25,158 nt of DNA from a virus (Duplodnaviria; Caudoviricetes): positions 1 to 25,158 of the IMG/VR virus record IMGVR_UViG_3300014613_000458. One strand, given 5' to 3'. The position numbers and the translations under genes were made by a program. Numbering within the stretch: the first letter of the stretch is position 1; every line of letters begins with the position of its first letter. This document shows, in pieces, positions 16,009 to 25,158 of the stretch. The notes under the pieces were generated by a model. That model was not told the origin of the DNA. It did not search any database and saw only the letters and a list, made by a program, of their open reading frames with translations.

Positions 16009-19000
16009 CTAATAAAATATTCTTAACGCAGTTGCCATCTCAGGATTCTCGAATTTCAGACGTTTCTTTAGTATGACTATCATTTTTCTAACTCGTATAA
16101 TTGTAGGATTTTGTATCAATAATCTCTTAGCTTCTCTTGGGTCAGTTCGTTCAATGTTGTCTATCTGTACTGCTATCTGTTTCAACTGCGGGTCATATTG
16201 CGCCCATAACTGGTTCTCTATCTCCCAGTACGGTTTTAATGTCACCCTTGCTTGCCTTAAATATTTCACCGCCATTGGCTCGTCAGCACGCTTCTCCCCT
16301 ATAATAGTTTCTACCGATAATAACGCCTGCTCACCATAACGCTCAATAAATGCTTTCCTGCGTCTATCAGCTTCATCGAAACGATACTCCCCATACTGGT
16401 CGAACATATCAGGTGAGTACATCAGTTCGTTATAATCCCTGTATAAGAGTTTCTGCGGCTGCATCTCTTGTCTCTGAATTTCAGTTAATGGTCGCTCGAA
16501 AGTGTCTTTGACAACTCCAAACTCTCCTTCAGCTAGCAGTTCATTCATCATCTGTGCTTTTAACCAGTATGCTCGACTAACTCTTTCTCTGAATTTCTGA
16601 CCATCACCTGTGGTCTCAAACTGCAATGAAGCTTGATTAAGTTCCGTCCCTACAACTTCACCTATCTTATCTGCTCTATCACTGTATTCATTCCATATTA
16701 ACTGTTCACCATGAGCATACCTGGCAGACTCTTCAGATGCCTTATCACTTAATACTTTCAAATCAGGGTCTTTCATAATCTGCATCTGCGCCACCATACC
16801 ATCAGGTCGTTGCCCTAAAGCATCCCATGATACACCATACTGTTCTTGTGCAAGTTTATCCTGTAACTCGCTTAGTTGAACATACGCACCAGCAGGATAT
16901 GCTCTACCACCACCAAACTCAGTCAGTCCTCTAGTAATTCTATCTTTTAAATCTCCACCTTCCATCATTACACTTTGAGTCCATATAGGAGTGAGATTTT
17001 CTAAAACTACTGTCTCGGTGAGATTCATTAGACCTTCTCTGGTTGGGTCTCCCATAACATCCTTCCCTGTGATTAAATCAATACTCGTACCTAAAAATGG
17101 TGAGAAATTACCACGTATAAATCTTCCAGCCTCATAAGTAGCATCTTCAGGGTTCTTGGTCATCTTACCAAATAGATACATTAGACTTCTTACCTTTGAC
17201 CCTGGGCCTATCCTCTGCCCTGCTACATCCCATGTCATAAAATTACTGGACATTGGATTCAGATGCTCGGCAATCGTATCTTCGTCTTCCCCCATTGCCA
17301 GGGAAACAGCAACCGTCATCGCCATTATCGCTGCCGTCCCTTTCGCCATTGCCTGTCGTGCCAGTTGACCTCTTAGATTGCCCTGTGTCAAGTCTGTTAA
17401 TAAAGCACCAACAGCCCTGTTATACTGAGGGGCTAGAATAATCGCCCTTTCTACCTGTCGTTGTGTACTTGAAATACCGATACGTGTGCTTGTCGATAGT
17501 CCTCTGAACTCGTTAATGAAAGCGTCAACCTGCGCTATTCTAGCAGGGGATGTTCCAAGATGCTGATATGCTTCTGCCATGTAGACACCAGCAGTATCTA
17601 AAGATGTTTCAAATCCTCTCTGGAACGGAGTTAGAGGCTTGCCTAAAACTTTTAACGGCCCCTTATGTAAGAATCCTTCTCTAGCCATAGCCTCAGTCAT
17701 TTCCGTAGCACCACCCTTGGAAACAATAAGTCCGGGATGATTTTGGATTGTACTGATATGTTTTGCTATGAAGTTATCGTGATAGAGAGGGTCGAAAAAC
17801 GCTCTTACAAATCCCTTCATTGATTTAAGATATATCGCAGGATGCGCTCCTGCCAAGAACAATAACTGAATCCCGAAGGGACTCACATCTCCTGCCAGTG
17901 CGAAGTAACGCCCAACGGCATTGACCTGGTTGATTGCACTTAATGCAGAGTTGAAAGAAGGATTTAACTCTTTCCGTATGATATTGATATAGTCTTTAGC
18001 TTCTGGTGAAGTAAATACCTTTCCTGCAAAGGCAGGGATATCAGACGCCATAGTACCAGTAAATCCAGGTCTAACTAATGACTTACGTGCCTTTGTGAAT
18101 TCCTTTTTTATATTTGCCCATTCTGCCTTATAGACAGTCTGTTCATTACGGACGAATCTCAACACGCCATCAACATCAGGTTGAGTGTACTTGCCTTTAG
18201 TAAAGAGTTTTAACTGTTCATACTCTTGAGGATAGTATTGCTTGATTCCACGTAGCATCTGTCCTGAGACAGATTCGTTATTCTTTAACCTTAATGCGAT
18301 ATTGTTCATCTGCTTTAGGGCTACTTGAGTCCCCTTCATTGTATTGTTTAGAACAGCAAGGTCGCCACCTACTGCGGTAGACCTATAGGGTACTCTCTCT
18401 AAGAACCAGTCTGCGAATTTTTTATCTGCTACACGATTGTATGCTCCGACTGTGTTATAATATAATGCTTCTTCTTCAGGGAGATACCTGAATCCATTGT
18501 CTATCGCTTCATCAATATCTTTAAAGACACGTACCTTTTCCTGTGCTGTCTTTATTCCTGGTTTAGCAGGTTGTGTACCACCAATAAAAGCTGACTCGAT
18601 TAACTCCCCTTCTGGGGTGAACTTAGCGGCGACCCTTCTTCCTGCATATACCCCACCTTCCTCGAATGTCAATAAAGGTACATCCACTCCATGTCTCTGT
18701 AATAGAGATAACTTCTCTGCTTCTAACGCTTGTGCAGTAGAAATCCACTCTTTCTGCTTTAGTGTCAGTTTATCAGCATATCTTTGGGGATAGGTTCTAA
18801 TTGTATTGAGATGTACTTCTTGCCCACCAATCTTCATTAATCCATCGTCAGTAAGATTAAATAACTTTTTAGAACTACCCATTCTATTCAATGTAGAGAC
18901 TGCTGCTATGGATTTATGAGCACCTTCAAATCTAAGAATAGCTCTACCTACTAAACCTAAAGACGCAGGATTATCAGCCGTAGCCGCTTTGCCTGCGATT

Positions 19001-19725
19001 GCCTCTGCCATACCCTTGAAAGGTTGTTTGCCTGCTATTGTGATATTGACCAAACTTCTTAGTTTACTGGGTTGCGCTGCCGCTGTAAGAGCATCGTTCA
19101 TCGGTTGTAAGTCAGTCATCAATCGAGCAGTCTTATTGATAATAGCAGGTGCTATCTTCTTTGCTGCCATTGAGAGAGGTTTATTTATAGGATAGTTTAT
19201 AATCTTCTCTACCGCTAAAGCTGGTTTTAATGCCTTCGTGCCTAATGCTGCCGCTTTTGTCAGTCCTGAAATTCCAAGACGGGTTCCTATCCCACCAACC
19301 GCACTTAACCCACCTGTAGCAATAGCAGTACCAAACCAAGGGATAGCCTGGATAGCACCTTTAACACCCCAAGGAGCAGACCACGCTTCATACTCTGCTC
19401 TCTCCCTTTCCCAGAATGGCAAATCCTCCGTACCCTCCACAGGTTTAGTAAATGGTGAAGTGACCGCAGTTGCAAATCCCTTTTCTACGGCCTCAAACGG
19501 AGCGGCAATAGCTTGTAGCCCTTGCATATACCAAGGTTGTTGAGGAGGAGTAACTGGTTGCTGGACTGGTTGCTGGACAGTTTCTAAACGAGAACCACGC
19601 AACTGTTCTAACGCAGAAGTACGTGCTTCAGGAGACAACTTACTAAGTTCTTCTGGTAAGCGCTTCTTTAAAACCTCTAACTCTCTTGGAGATAGTGCTT
19701 TTATTCTGTCTTGAAGATTTATCAT
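16009..19725 (-). CDS. large internal virion / DNA ejection protein, 1238 aa
   Basis: Very long, mostly alpha-helical, Ala/Gly-rich N-terminal region with a hydrophobic segment; ATGA-coupled to the upstream gene; no tape-measure repeats. Confidence 0.6.
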   Translation of the reverse strand: MINLQDRIKALSPRELEVLKKRLPEELSKLSPEARTSALEQLRGSRLETVQQPVQQPVTPPQQPWYMQGLQAIAAPFEAVEKGFATAVTSPFTKPVEGTEDLPFWERERAEYEAWSAPWGVKGAIQAIPWFGTAIATGGLSAVGGIGTRLGISGLTKAAALGTKALKPALAVEKIINYPINKPLSMAAKKIAPAIINKTARLMTDLQPMNDALTAAAQPSKLRSLVNITIAGKQPFKGMAEAIAGKAATADNPASLGLVGRAILRFEGAHKSIAAVSTLNRMGSSKKLFNLTDDGLMKIGGQEVHLNTIRTYPQRYADKLTLKQKEWISTAQALEAEKLSLLQRHGVDVPLLTFEEGGVYAGRRVAAKFTPEGELIESAFIGGTQPAKPGIKTAQEKVRVFKDIDEAIDNGFRYLPEEEALYYNTVGAYNRVADKKFADWFLERVPYRSTAVGGDLAVLNNTMKGTQVALKQMNNIALRLKNNESVSGQMLRGIKQYYPQEYEQLKLFTKGKYTQPDVDGVLRFVRNEQTVYKAEWANIKKEFTKARKSLVRPGFTGTMASDIPAFAGKVFTSPEAKDYINIIRKELNPSFNSALSAINQVNAVGRYFALAGDVSPFGIQLLFLAGAHPAIYLKSMKGFVRAFFDPLYHDNFIAKHISTIQNHPGLIVSKGGATEMTEAMAREGFLHKGPLKVLGKPLTPFQRGFETSLDTAGVYMAEAYQHLGTSPARIAQVDAFINEFRGLSTSTRIGISSTQRQVERAIILAPQYNRAVGALLTDLTQGNLRGQLARQAMAKGTAAIMAMTVAVSLAMGEDEDTIAEHLNPMSSNFMTWDVAGQRIGPGSKVRSLMYLFGKMTKNPEDATYEAGRFIRGNFSPFLGTSIDLITGKDVMGDPTREGLMNLTETVVLENLTPIWTQSVMMEGGDLKDRITRGLTEFGGGRAYPAGAYVQLSELQDKLAQEQYGVSWDALGQRPDGMVAQMQIMKDPDLKVLSDKASEESARYAHGEQLIWNEYSDRADKIGEVVGTELNQASLQFETTGDGQKFRERVSRAYWLKAQMMNELLAEGEFGVVKDTFERPLTEIQRQEMQPQKLLYRDYNELMYSPDMFDQYGEYRFDEADRRRKAFIERYGEQALLSVETIIGEKRADEPMAVKYLRQARVTLKPYWEIENQLWAQYDPQLKQIAVQIDNIERTDPREAKRLLIQNPTIIRVRKMIVILKKRLKFENPEMATALRIFY

Positions 19726-20825
19726 TTCACCGTTCTAAGTTGTGGATTCATTCCACTCGGAGGTGCTGCCTGACCTAACCTCCATAAAACATCTTCCGGT
19801 CTTGCTCCTGTTCTGGCTTGTTCATATCCCAAATACTGCTGCTGAGCTGTAGGGGTAGACCTTGCCCAGTATTGTTGGGATGGTGTGGTTAACTGTGGGA
19901 GTTGCGACATACTTGGAGTAGCCCCCTCTTGACCTTGTTGGAATCCAGGCAACGGTGCCCCGGCTACCGTACCAGCATACTGTTGACCCATCAAGGGTAT
20001 CATCCAGGGTTGCACTACTGGTTGTTCCCCTGATGCACCTGCATGTTGAAGCCAACTTATCGGTTGAGAAGCTAACTGTGCTAGGTAATTTTGCTGTTGT
20101 GTCGCTGCCGCTTCCCTGGCTTGTTCCTGTTGCCAACCGAATTGCTGTTGCTGTAAACCAAACTGTTGCTGTTGATATGCCTGTTGCGCCTGAAATTGCT
20201 GTTGCTGTTGCGCACGTGCGGCCTCGTCCGCTTGCTGTTGGGCTAACTGTTCCGCCTGCCGTTGTTTAAGTAATGCTTCAGCATGTTCTTTATCTGCTTT
20301 TTCCTTAGCGGTAAGTTCTATTAGTGCAGCTTCTTTTCTGGCAAGTTCGTCTAATAAGTCCTGTGCAGCTTTAGCATCTCGCTCTCGTTGCAATCTTAGA
20401 GTTTCTCTCTGGTACTCAGTCATGCCTGGGTCATCTACAATGCCCCATATAAAATTTGTACGGTCAAATTCTGCTTTCTTACCAGGAGGAAGATTGGCAG
20501 CCCAAGAGGGTATTTTAGTGGGGTCTGTATTTTCATTCTCTTCATCACCTGGCGGAGGTTCAGGAACACCCAATAAAGTATCAAGTAAGTCCTGAACAGG
20601 GTCAGTCGTTTGAGTAGTTGGGACAATAGGCGACTGAGTATACGGAATAGCCCATGAAGATATAGGTTGTTTAGAAACATCAATACCCAAAGTTTCAGGT
20701 GGAACTCCTGAAGCTAGTAAGTCCTCAATTTCTCTTTGGCTTGGGCCAGTTTTCGCTCGTTGACTAGCAGTTGGCCCTATTACTCTTATATCCTGCTTTG
20801 CTTTTGTAATCCAAGATTTGGGCAT
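19722..20825 (-). CDS. Gln/Pro-rich putative ejection (pilot) protein, 367 aa
   Basis: Coiled coil plus QQQQFxxQQQQF repeats as seen in DNA pilot/ejection proteins; TAATG coupling. Confidence 0.55.
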   Translation of the reverse strand: MPKSWITKAKQDIRVIGPTASQRAKTGPSQREIEDLLASGVPPETLGIDVSKQPISSWAIPYTQSPIVPTTQTTDPVQDLLDTLLGVPEPPPGDEENENTDPTKIPSWAANLPPGKKAEFDRTNFIWGIVDDPGMTEYQRETLRLQRERDAKAAQDLLDELARKEAALIELTAKEKADKEHAEALLKQRQAEQLAQQQADEAARAQQQQQFQAQQAYQQQQFGLQQQQFGWQQEQAREAAATQQQNYLAQLASQPISWLQHAGASGEQPVVQPWMIPLMGQQYAGTVAGAPLPGFQQGQEGATPSMSQLPQLTTPSQQYWARSTPTAQQQYLGYEQARTGARPEDVLWRLGQAAPPSGMNPQLRTVK

Positions 20826-20992
20826 TAGACCTCCTTCTCCAGTTCGAGCATCTCCTGATATTCCTTCTCAAGACTTGCCCTTTGTTTCTCTTTAAAATCT
20901 TTTATAATCTCACCAAAGTCCTCTTTTATGAGTTCTTTGATTAAATCTTTTTCCTCCGCTAATTCGGTGGCTAGTTCCTCATATATGTTCAA
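20825..20992 (-). CDS. small acidic helical protein, 55 aa (MNIYEELATELAEEKDLIKELIKEDFGEIIKDFKEKQRASLEKEYQEMLELEKEV)
   Basis: Hand-translated; not in the ORF track. TTG start overlaps the portal stop (TTGA), SD GGAGGTGG, and TAATG coupling downstream; fills the gap exactly. Confidence 0.8.
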   Translation of the reverse strand: MNIYEELATELAEEKDLIKELIKEDFGEIIKDFKEKQRASLEKEYQEMLELEKEV

Positions 20993-22779
20993 CGATTACC
21001 ACCTCCACCCATACCTTGTGTGGCACTCATAGGTGTCTGACTACGCATCTGCTTTAAAGAATTCTGTAACGCTTCTGGAGAACCTGGAGTGGCTTTATTG
21101 GGAATTGGGGGTACTAATCTCCGCCCTGCTTCTTCTGTCTCTGCTCCCATCGGAGGCGGTGGAGGAAGAACTCCAGACGCTCCCAATTCTTCTTGTATTG
21201 CCATTTGTAAGATTTGTTCTTTAGCTGCCAGATAAGTAGGAGACATCCTTAATAATTCCTTCTCCTCATCTCTAGCCATTGCGTCCGCATCCACATTTGA
21301 CATCTGCCGTCTTGCCCAATCTCTCGTTACGATTGTAGATGATACCAGTCTTTCTAAATCGTCATGCCGTCTGTATTCGTCCTCTTCTGATATAGGAGCG
21401 AATTCGACATAAGCTGTAAATGGTTCTTTTAGTTTATCTTTCTTTATCAGTAGATTGAATTCATCAGTTGGAGTTTTTGACCACACCCTTACATCACCTG
21501 GTATAACGTTCTTTAATAGTTTGGCACATTTAATTAAAACCTGTTCCGTACCATGTCTAAAGGCATCCGAAGCATACCGATACCTTGATGATGCTTCCGT
21601 AATCATTAACCTCCGATCTGCGGCACTTCTTACACCAGTATCGGGAAGTCCTCTAACCGAGTTAGGTGCGGCATGTGCCGAGATGAAATAAGACACTCTA
21701 GCTAGATGTTCTGATAACGCATCAGGTGGAGTCTGAGGAATCATATCCTTCAACTCTACACCTTCAGGTAACGGAGTATACACACCAAACTTTTGCACTA
21801 TTTGCTTTACTGAAGCAGCATTTTCCCCAGTTATCACCCCCCAGGGTAGGGCGGTACGCTTGAATACAACGTCAGATAGAGAGAAGTTTCGGCTTTCCGA
21901 CTTCAATAAGTCGTAAATGTAACGTAAGATACCGACATATCTCATTTCTGGTTTGTTTTCTATACTGATATTACCTAATCCTGTCTCTATAAGTGTATAA
22001 GGAATAAATCCATAGTTATGATTAACCACTCCACCTCTTACACGTAAAATAGGTTCCCCATCTATCAAATCACAACGATAATCCTTGTCCCAATACGATA
22101 TATATTCGACATACTCACTTTCAGTTTTATTTTTCGGGTTACTCCACCTGGGGTGCATCTTCTGAGTATCGTATAAAAGCTGTTTATGTCTTTCTATGAC
22201 GTATAATCTCCCGCCATAGTATGGGTCGGGCATAACATTGGCAGGATTAATTGCCTGAATAACTATTGGGATTGTATTTCCTGTCTCACTGCGCCATTCG
22301 TCCATACGAAAAGCGTAGTTATCCTCGGATTCGCTATCTTTTCTAAGTGGTTTATCAGGCCATAAGTCAGCATCCCATACCGATTTTAACACCGTAAGAC
22401 CATGAACGGCATAATGTTTAGCACCAGAACGCCAGGGTGAGATATCGGATTCCACATTTGTCCTATGAATAAGACCTGTATAAAACTTTCTTAAAAGTTC
22501 CGCTTCTTCCTTGCTGACATTATGGATACTTTTCTCATTTGCGTTTACCCTGGCATGAGAAATATCAATATGGTCAACAAAAGTATCTACTACATCCCTT
22601 GCTGTTGGAAGGACTATACCTTCAGCAGCGTACTCTTCCGGGATGTTTAACTGTTCTTTGAAATCAAGCTCATAGAACTTTTCGTCATTCTCGAAATTAG
22701 TATAAACATCGCCATAGATACCCGCACACTTTTCTGTTAGAGCTATTATTTCCGCAACATCAGGTTTTCCTTTTCTCAT
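20989..22779 (-). CDS. portal protein, 596 aa
   Basis: Directly after terL; motifs AVHGLTVLK, INPANVMPDP, YGFIPY; size and Pro/Gly-rich tail typical of podoviral portals. Confidence 0.85.
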   Translation of the reverse strand: MRKGKPDVAEIIALTEKCAGIYGDVYTNFENDEKFYELDFKEQLNIPEEYAAEGIVLPTARDVVDTFVDHIDISHARVNANEKSIHNVSKEEAELLRKFYTGLIHRTNVESDISPWRSGAKHYAVHGLTVLKSVWDADLWPDKPLRKDSESEDNYAFRMDEWRSETGNTIPIVIQAINPANVMPDPYYGGRLYVIERHKQLLYDTQKMHPRWSNPKNKTESEYVEYISYWDKDYRCDLIDGEPILRVRGGVVNHNYGFIPYTLIETGLGNISIENKPEMRYVGILRYIYDLLKSESRNFSLSDVVFKRTALPWGVITGENAASVKQIVQKFGVYTPLPEGVELKDMIPQTPPDALSEHLARVSYFISAHAAPNSVRGLPDTGVRSAADRRLMITEASSRYRYASDAFRHGTEQVLIKCAKLLKNVIPGDVRVWSKTPTDEFNLLIKKDKLKEPFTAYVEFAPISEEDEYRRHDDLERLVSSTIVTRDWARRQMSNVDADAMARDEEKELLRMSPTYLAAKEQILQMAIQEELGASGVLPPPPPMGAETEEAGRRLVPPIPNKATPGSPEALQNSLKQMRSQTPMSATQGMGGGGNR

Positions 22780-22790
22780 ATCACCTCTTA

Positions 22791-24434
22791 TTATACCATA
22801 GATTCTTTGCGAGCGCTTTCCAGTTCCCTTACTCTGTCTAAGATAGTTGAATCATTCTTCATGTGCAAAGACCTGACAGGTTCCATACTCCCGATACCAT
22901 GAACATCACTTCTTTTCAGCCAGCAAAGACCTACTGTTATAACGTAATCGTCATGTTTTCCGCTACTGGCTTCTATCTTGCCACCTTTTGAGACATTTCT
23001 TATCATGGAATAAAACTGTTTCAGACCATCCCCATTGTAAATTGTTATCTGGAAAGTGTTTATCGCTGATATAAGAGACCCAAATAAGTCAGCACGACTC
23101 TTTTCGTCTGTCCAGAACCCGACTCTCTTAATCTCGGTATCATCTATCGTACTCCAGTGAATAGGTTTATCGCCTTTATAACCAAAATTCCTATATCCCA
23201 GGTCAATCGCTGTCCTGATGACCGTTCTACCGTATAGATTATGCTCAATCCACCATCTCGGATTGCGAAATCGTTTCAATAGACTGATACTATGATAGGC
23301 TAACTCTTCAGGTTTAATCTCCTTACTCATTATATCGGCTACGACTTCACCTGTCTTGGCATCCATGATACATAACGTCCCATAATCTCCCCCAACACCC
23401 AAAGAGACATCGGAAGCTGCGATATACAAGTTGTTGGGAGAGTAATCTTTATATATATAACATATAGTATTATCCAAGTCCCAAAACTCGCCACTGTTGA
23501 TAGGAGACCTGACCCTATCCATCAGGGAATTTAAGACTTTCTTATCAAACACCGCTACAGTAGACGATAGACTAAGGGCTTCTTCTATCGAATGAGGGTA
23601 GTTTTTAGCCATGTATAAATCAGGACTTAACTGGGCTAATTCTCTCTCAGGGATGTTGCGTTTCGTCCGTTCGTACCATTCTTCGTCCCTGTTGGGGATA
23701 ACATTCCATGGAAAAAACAATGGTATGAAATCGTTCTTCCCTTCCAAAGCGTCTACAAATAAAGAAGTAGCTAGATTATCGTTAGAATACGGGTCTGCGG
23801 TGAAAACTGAAACAAACTGTCCGCCCTGGTCTCTTGTAGGCTTACTGGACATATAGTTAGCATCCGCATATGGGTGAGCGGCGTGCTCATCACAGGTCAC
23901 TAAAGAAGCGGTATACGATATTCCAGCACTCTGCGTAGAAGGGAAAGCCTTAATAGCAGAGTTCATAACAGGAAATCCCAACTCCTCGGTAGAGTCGGGA
24001 TCGATATGATATTTCATAAACGGTGGGAGAAGATTATATATCCGATGAGATTTGCTTAAAAGTTCCTTTGCTTCAGGCTGCCCTTTAGAGAAAAGAAGTA
24101 AATTCGCACCTATCTTTGACCTTACCATCCATAAATGATAAGTCGCCATTAACGTAGATAGTCCTATCTGACGTGCTTTCAAAATAACAATAAGCGGACA
24201 GGTGAGTAAATAAGACATGATTTCATGTATGTGGGGGTACACCTCAAATGGGAGAATCCCACCTCCAGTCTGTCCAATAACAGGTGGTTGGATTATTTTT
24301 ATCCATTTCAGAAAACGAAAGAAGTCAACCTTACATAACTCGTTTTCTATCTTACAAAGAGCTAGTTCTTCTTGTGTTAAATCCTTAAAGTCTTTGTATG
24401 CTATTAAACTGATTCTTTCGTCAAAATCATCCAT
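22791..24434 (-). CDS. terL: terminase large subunit, 547 aa
   Basis: Walker A ILKARQIGLST, Walker B LVTCDE, RNase H-like nuclease ASDVSLG...D and GKHDDYVI. Start reassigned to MDDFDER at 24434 (TAATG coupling). Confidence 0.93.
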   Translation of the reverse strand: MDDFDERISLIAYKDFKDLTQEELALCKIENELCKVDFFRFLKWIKIIQPPVIGQTGGGILPFEVYPHIHEIMSYLLTCPLIVILKARQIGLSTLMATYHLWMVRSKIGANLLLFSKGQPEAKELLSKSHRIYNLLPPFMKYHIDPDSTEELGFPVMNSAIKAFPSTQSAGISYTASLVTCDEHAAHPYADANYMSSKPTRDQGGQFVSVFTADPYSNDNLATSLFVDALEGKNDFIPLFFPWNVIPNRDEEWYERTKRNIPERELAQLSPDLYMAKNYPHSIEEALSLSSTVAVFDKKVLNSLMDRVRSPINSGEFWDLDNTICYIYKDYSPNNLYIAASDVSLGVGGDYGTLCIMDAKTGEVVADIMSKEIKPEELAYHSISLLKRFRNPRWWIEHNLYGRTVIRTAIDLGYRNFGYKGDKPIHWSTIDDTEIKRVGFWTDEKSRADLFGSLISAINTFQITIYNGDGLKQFYSMIRNVSKGGKIEASSGKHDDYVITVGLCWLKRSDVHGIGSMEPVRSLHMKNDSTILDRVRELESARKESMV

Positions 24435-24586
24435 TAGTTTAACGCCACCATATTTGAAAACGCCCTGTGACAAGGACAGTCTTTCTTCTTTGCCCACTCC
24501 CAACAGTCACCACAGTATAATAAAGCATATGCCCTGTACCATATCATTAAACTCGCTGCCTGTCGTACCCTGTCTCTTGTGTTCAT
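24434..24586 (-). CDS. small Cys-rich protein, 50 aa (MNTRDRVRQAASLMIWYRAYALLYCGDCWEWAKKKDCPCHRAFSNMVALN)
   Basis: Hand-translated; not in the ORF track. SD GGGGGGAG; CxxC...CxCH; stop overlaps the terL start. Confidence 0.75.
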   Translation of the reverse strand: MNTRDRVRQAASLMIWYRAYALLYCGDCWEWAKKKDCPCHRAFSNMVALN

Positions 24587-24704
24587 CTTTATCTCCCCCC
24601 TTTTTATTATGTAAACCTATTAAGCTGGATTCCTTAAAATATTCTGAGGGTGGTTAACCCAATAATACCAACCCCCTCACCTGGCCATCCCACTTCCCAT
24701 TCTA

Positions 24705-25052
24705 TCACACTAGCCTATCTTTAACCACATCCATTCTAAGACCACCATAGCTAACCGTAGTCAACAGGCTAACAGATTTTCCCAGGCCGGTAGATGTTGC
24801 GTGGTCCAGGGCATCGCATATCATCAGGAGCTTAGCCGCTCTTACGCTGTCGATATATATACCATTATCTAATGTTAACCCCGATGTTAACCCCTCAGAC
24901 ATGGACTCTAATGTTACGCCCTCAACCACTGTTACGCCCTCAGGCGTGGACTCCGATGTTACGCCCTCTTCAGATGTTACGCCCTTGTTACGCCTTCTTT
25001 GCATCCTCAACCGTGATTGTTCCTTGGCTTTCTCTTTGTCCTTCGTTGGCAT
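24705..25052 (-). CDS. hypothetical protein with a basic helix and EGVT repeats, 115 aa
   Basis: ORF track; SD GGAGG; RLRMQRRRNK followed by a DNA-repeat-encoded GVT/GLT region. Confidence 0.7.
   Translation of the reverse strand: MPTKDKEKAKEQSRLRMQRRRNKGVTSEEGVTSESTPEGVTVVEGVTLESMSEGLTSGLTLDNGIYIDSVRAAKLLMICDALDHATSTGLGKSVSLLTTVSYGGLRMDVVKDRLV
24873..24996. repeat. iteron-like array: TGTTACGCC x5 and TGTTAACCCC x2
   Basis: TGTTACGCC at 24912, 24930, 24957, 24975, 24986; TGTTAACCCC at 24873, 24885. Confidence 0.9.
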
Positions 25053-25158
25053 CCTTTCCCTCCAATAGTAATCTATTAGCTATCTCAGCTAGCTTCCTGC
25101 TCTCTAACTCTAACATGTCAGGCGTCAATACGAGAAATTGCCCGGTTACACTGACGTC
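24988..25158 (-). CDS. partial CDS (C-terminal 56 aa), possibly terminase small subunit
   Basis: Open frame from the window edge: DVSVTGQFLVLTPDMLELESRKLAEIANRLLLEGK...AKKA*. Position upstream of terL suggests TerS; the identity is inference. Confidence 0.45.
   Translation of the reverse strand, partial: DVSVTGQFLVLTPDMLELESRKLAEIANRLLLEGKDANEGQRESQGTITVEDAKKA

Noticed and set aside
16009-19725. Tape measure protein
   Set aside because: No periodic aromatic repeats, and no major tail tube or tail assembly chaperone genes are evident; the context is podovirus-like.
24435-24503. Extended N-terminus of terL
   Set aside because: Region is better explained by the 50-aa ORF in another frame with TAATG coupling.
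24873-24996. CRISPR array
   Set aside because: Repeats are only 9-11 bp with 0-16 bp irregular gaps; no cas genes.

Overview
This window is the late (morphogenesis and lysis) operon of a tailed dsDNA phage or prophage, encoded almost entirely on the minus strand. It has a podovirus-like (P22/T7-type) architecture. In transcription order: a truncated probable terminase small subunit, two small inserted genes, large terminase, portal, a small acidic protein, two putative internal/ejection proteins (367 and 1238 aa), two tiny ORFs missed by the ORF track, scaffold, major capsid protein, a probable decoration protein, several fibre/accessory proteins, adaptor-like and nozzle-like tail proteins, a beta-helix tailspike-like protein, and a lysis-position cassette. 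It converges on two small plus-strand ORFs at the left edge. All product calls come from motifs and synteny read by eye; no database search was run. Most notable: (1) an unannotated Mu Com-like zinc-ribbon ORF with no canonical start codon, followed by a promoter, a boxA-like word, two covarying tandem hairpins and an intrinsic terminator just before the scaffold/capsid genes, a candidate protein-RNA antitermination switch; (2) a soluble S26 signal-peptidase-like protease beside holin-like genes where an endolysin would normally sit; (3) a shared pseudoknot-capable motif after two structural genes; (4) iteron-like DNA repeats upstream of the terminase.
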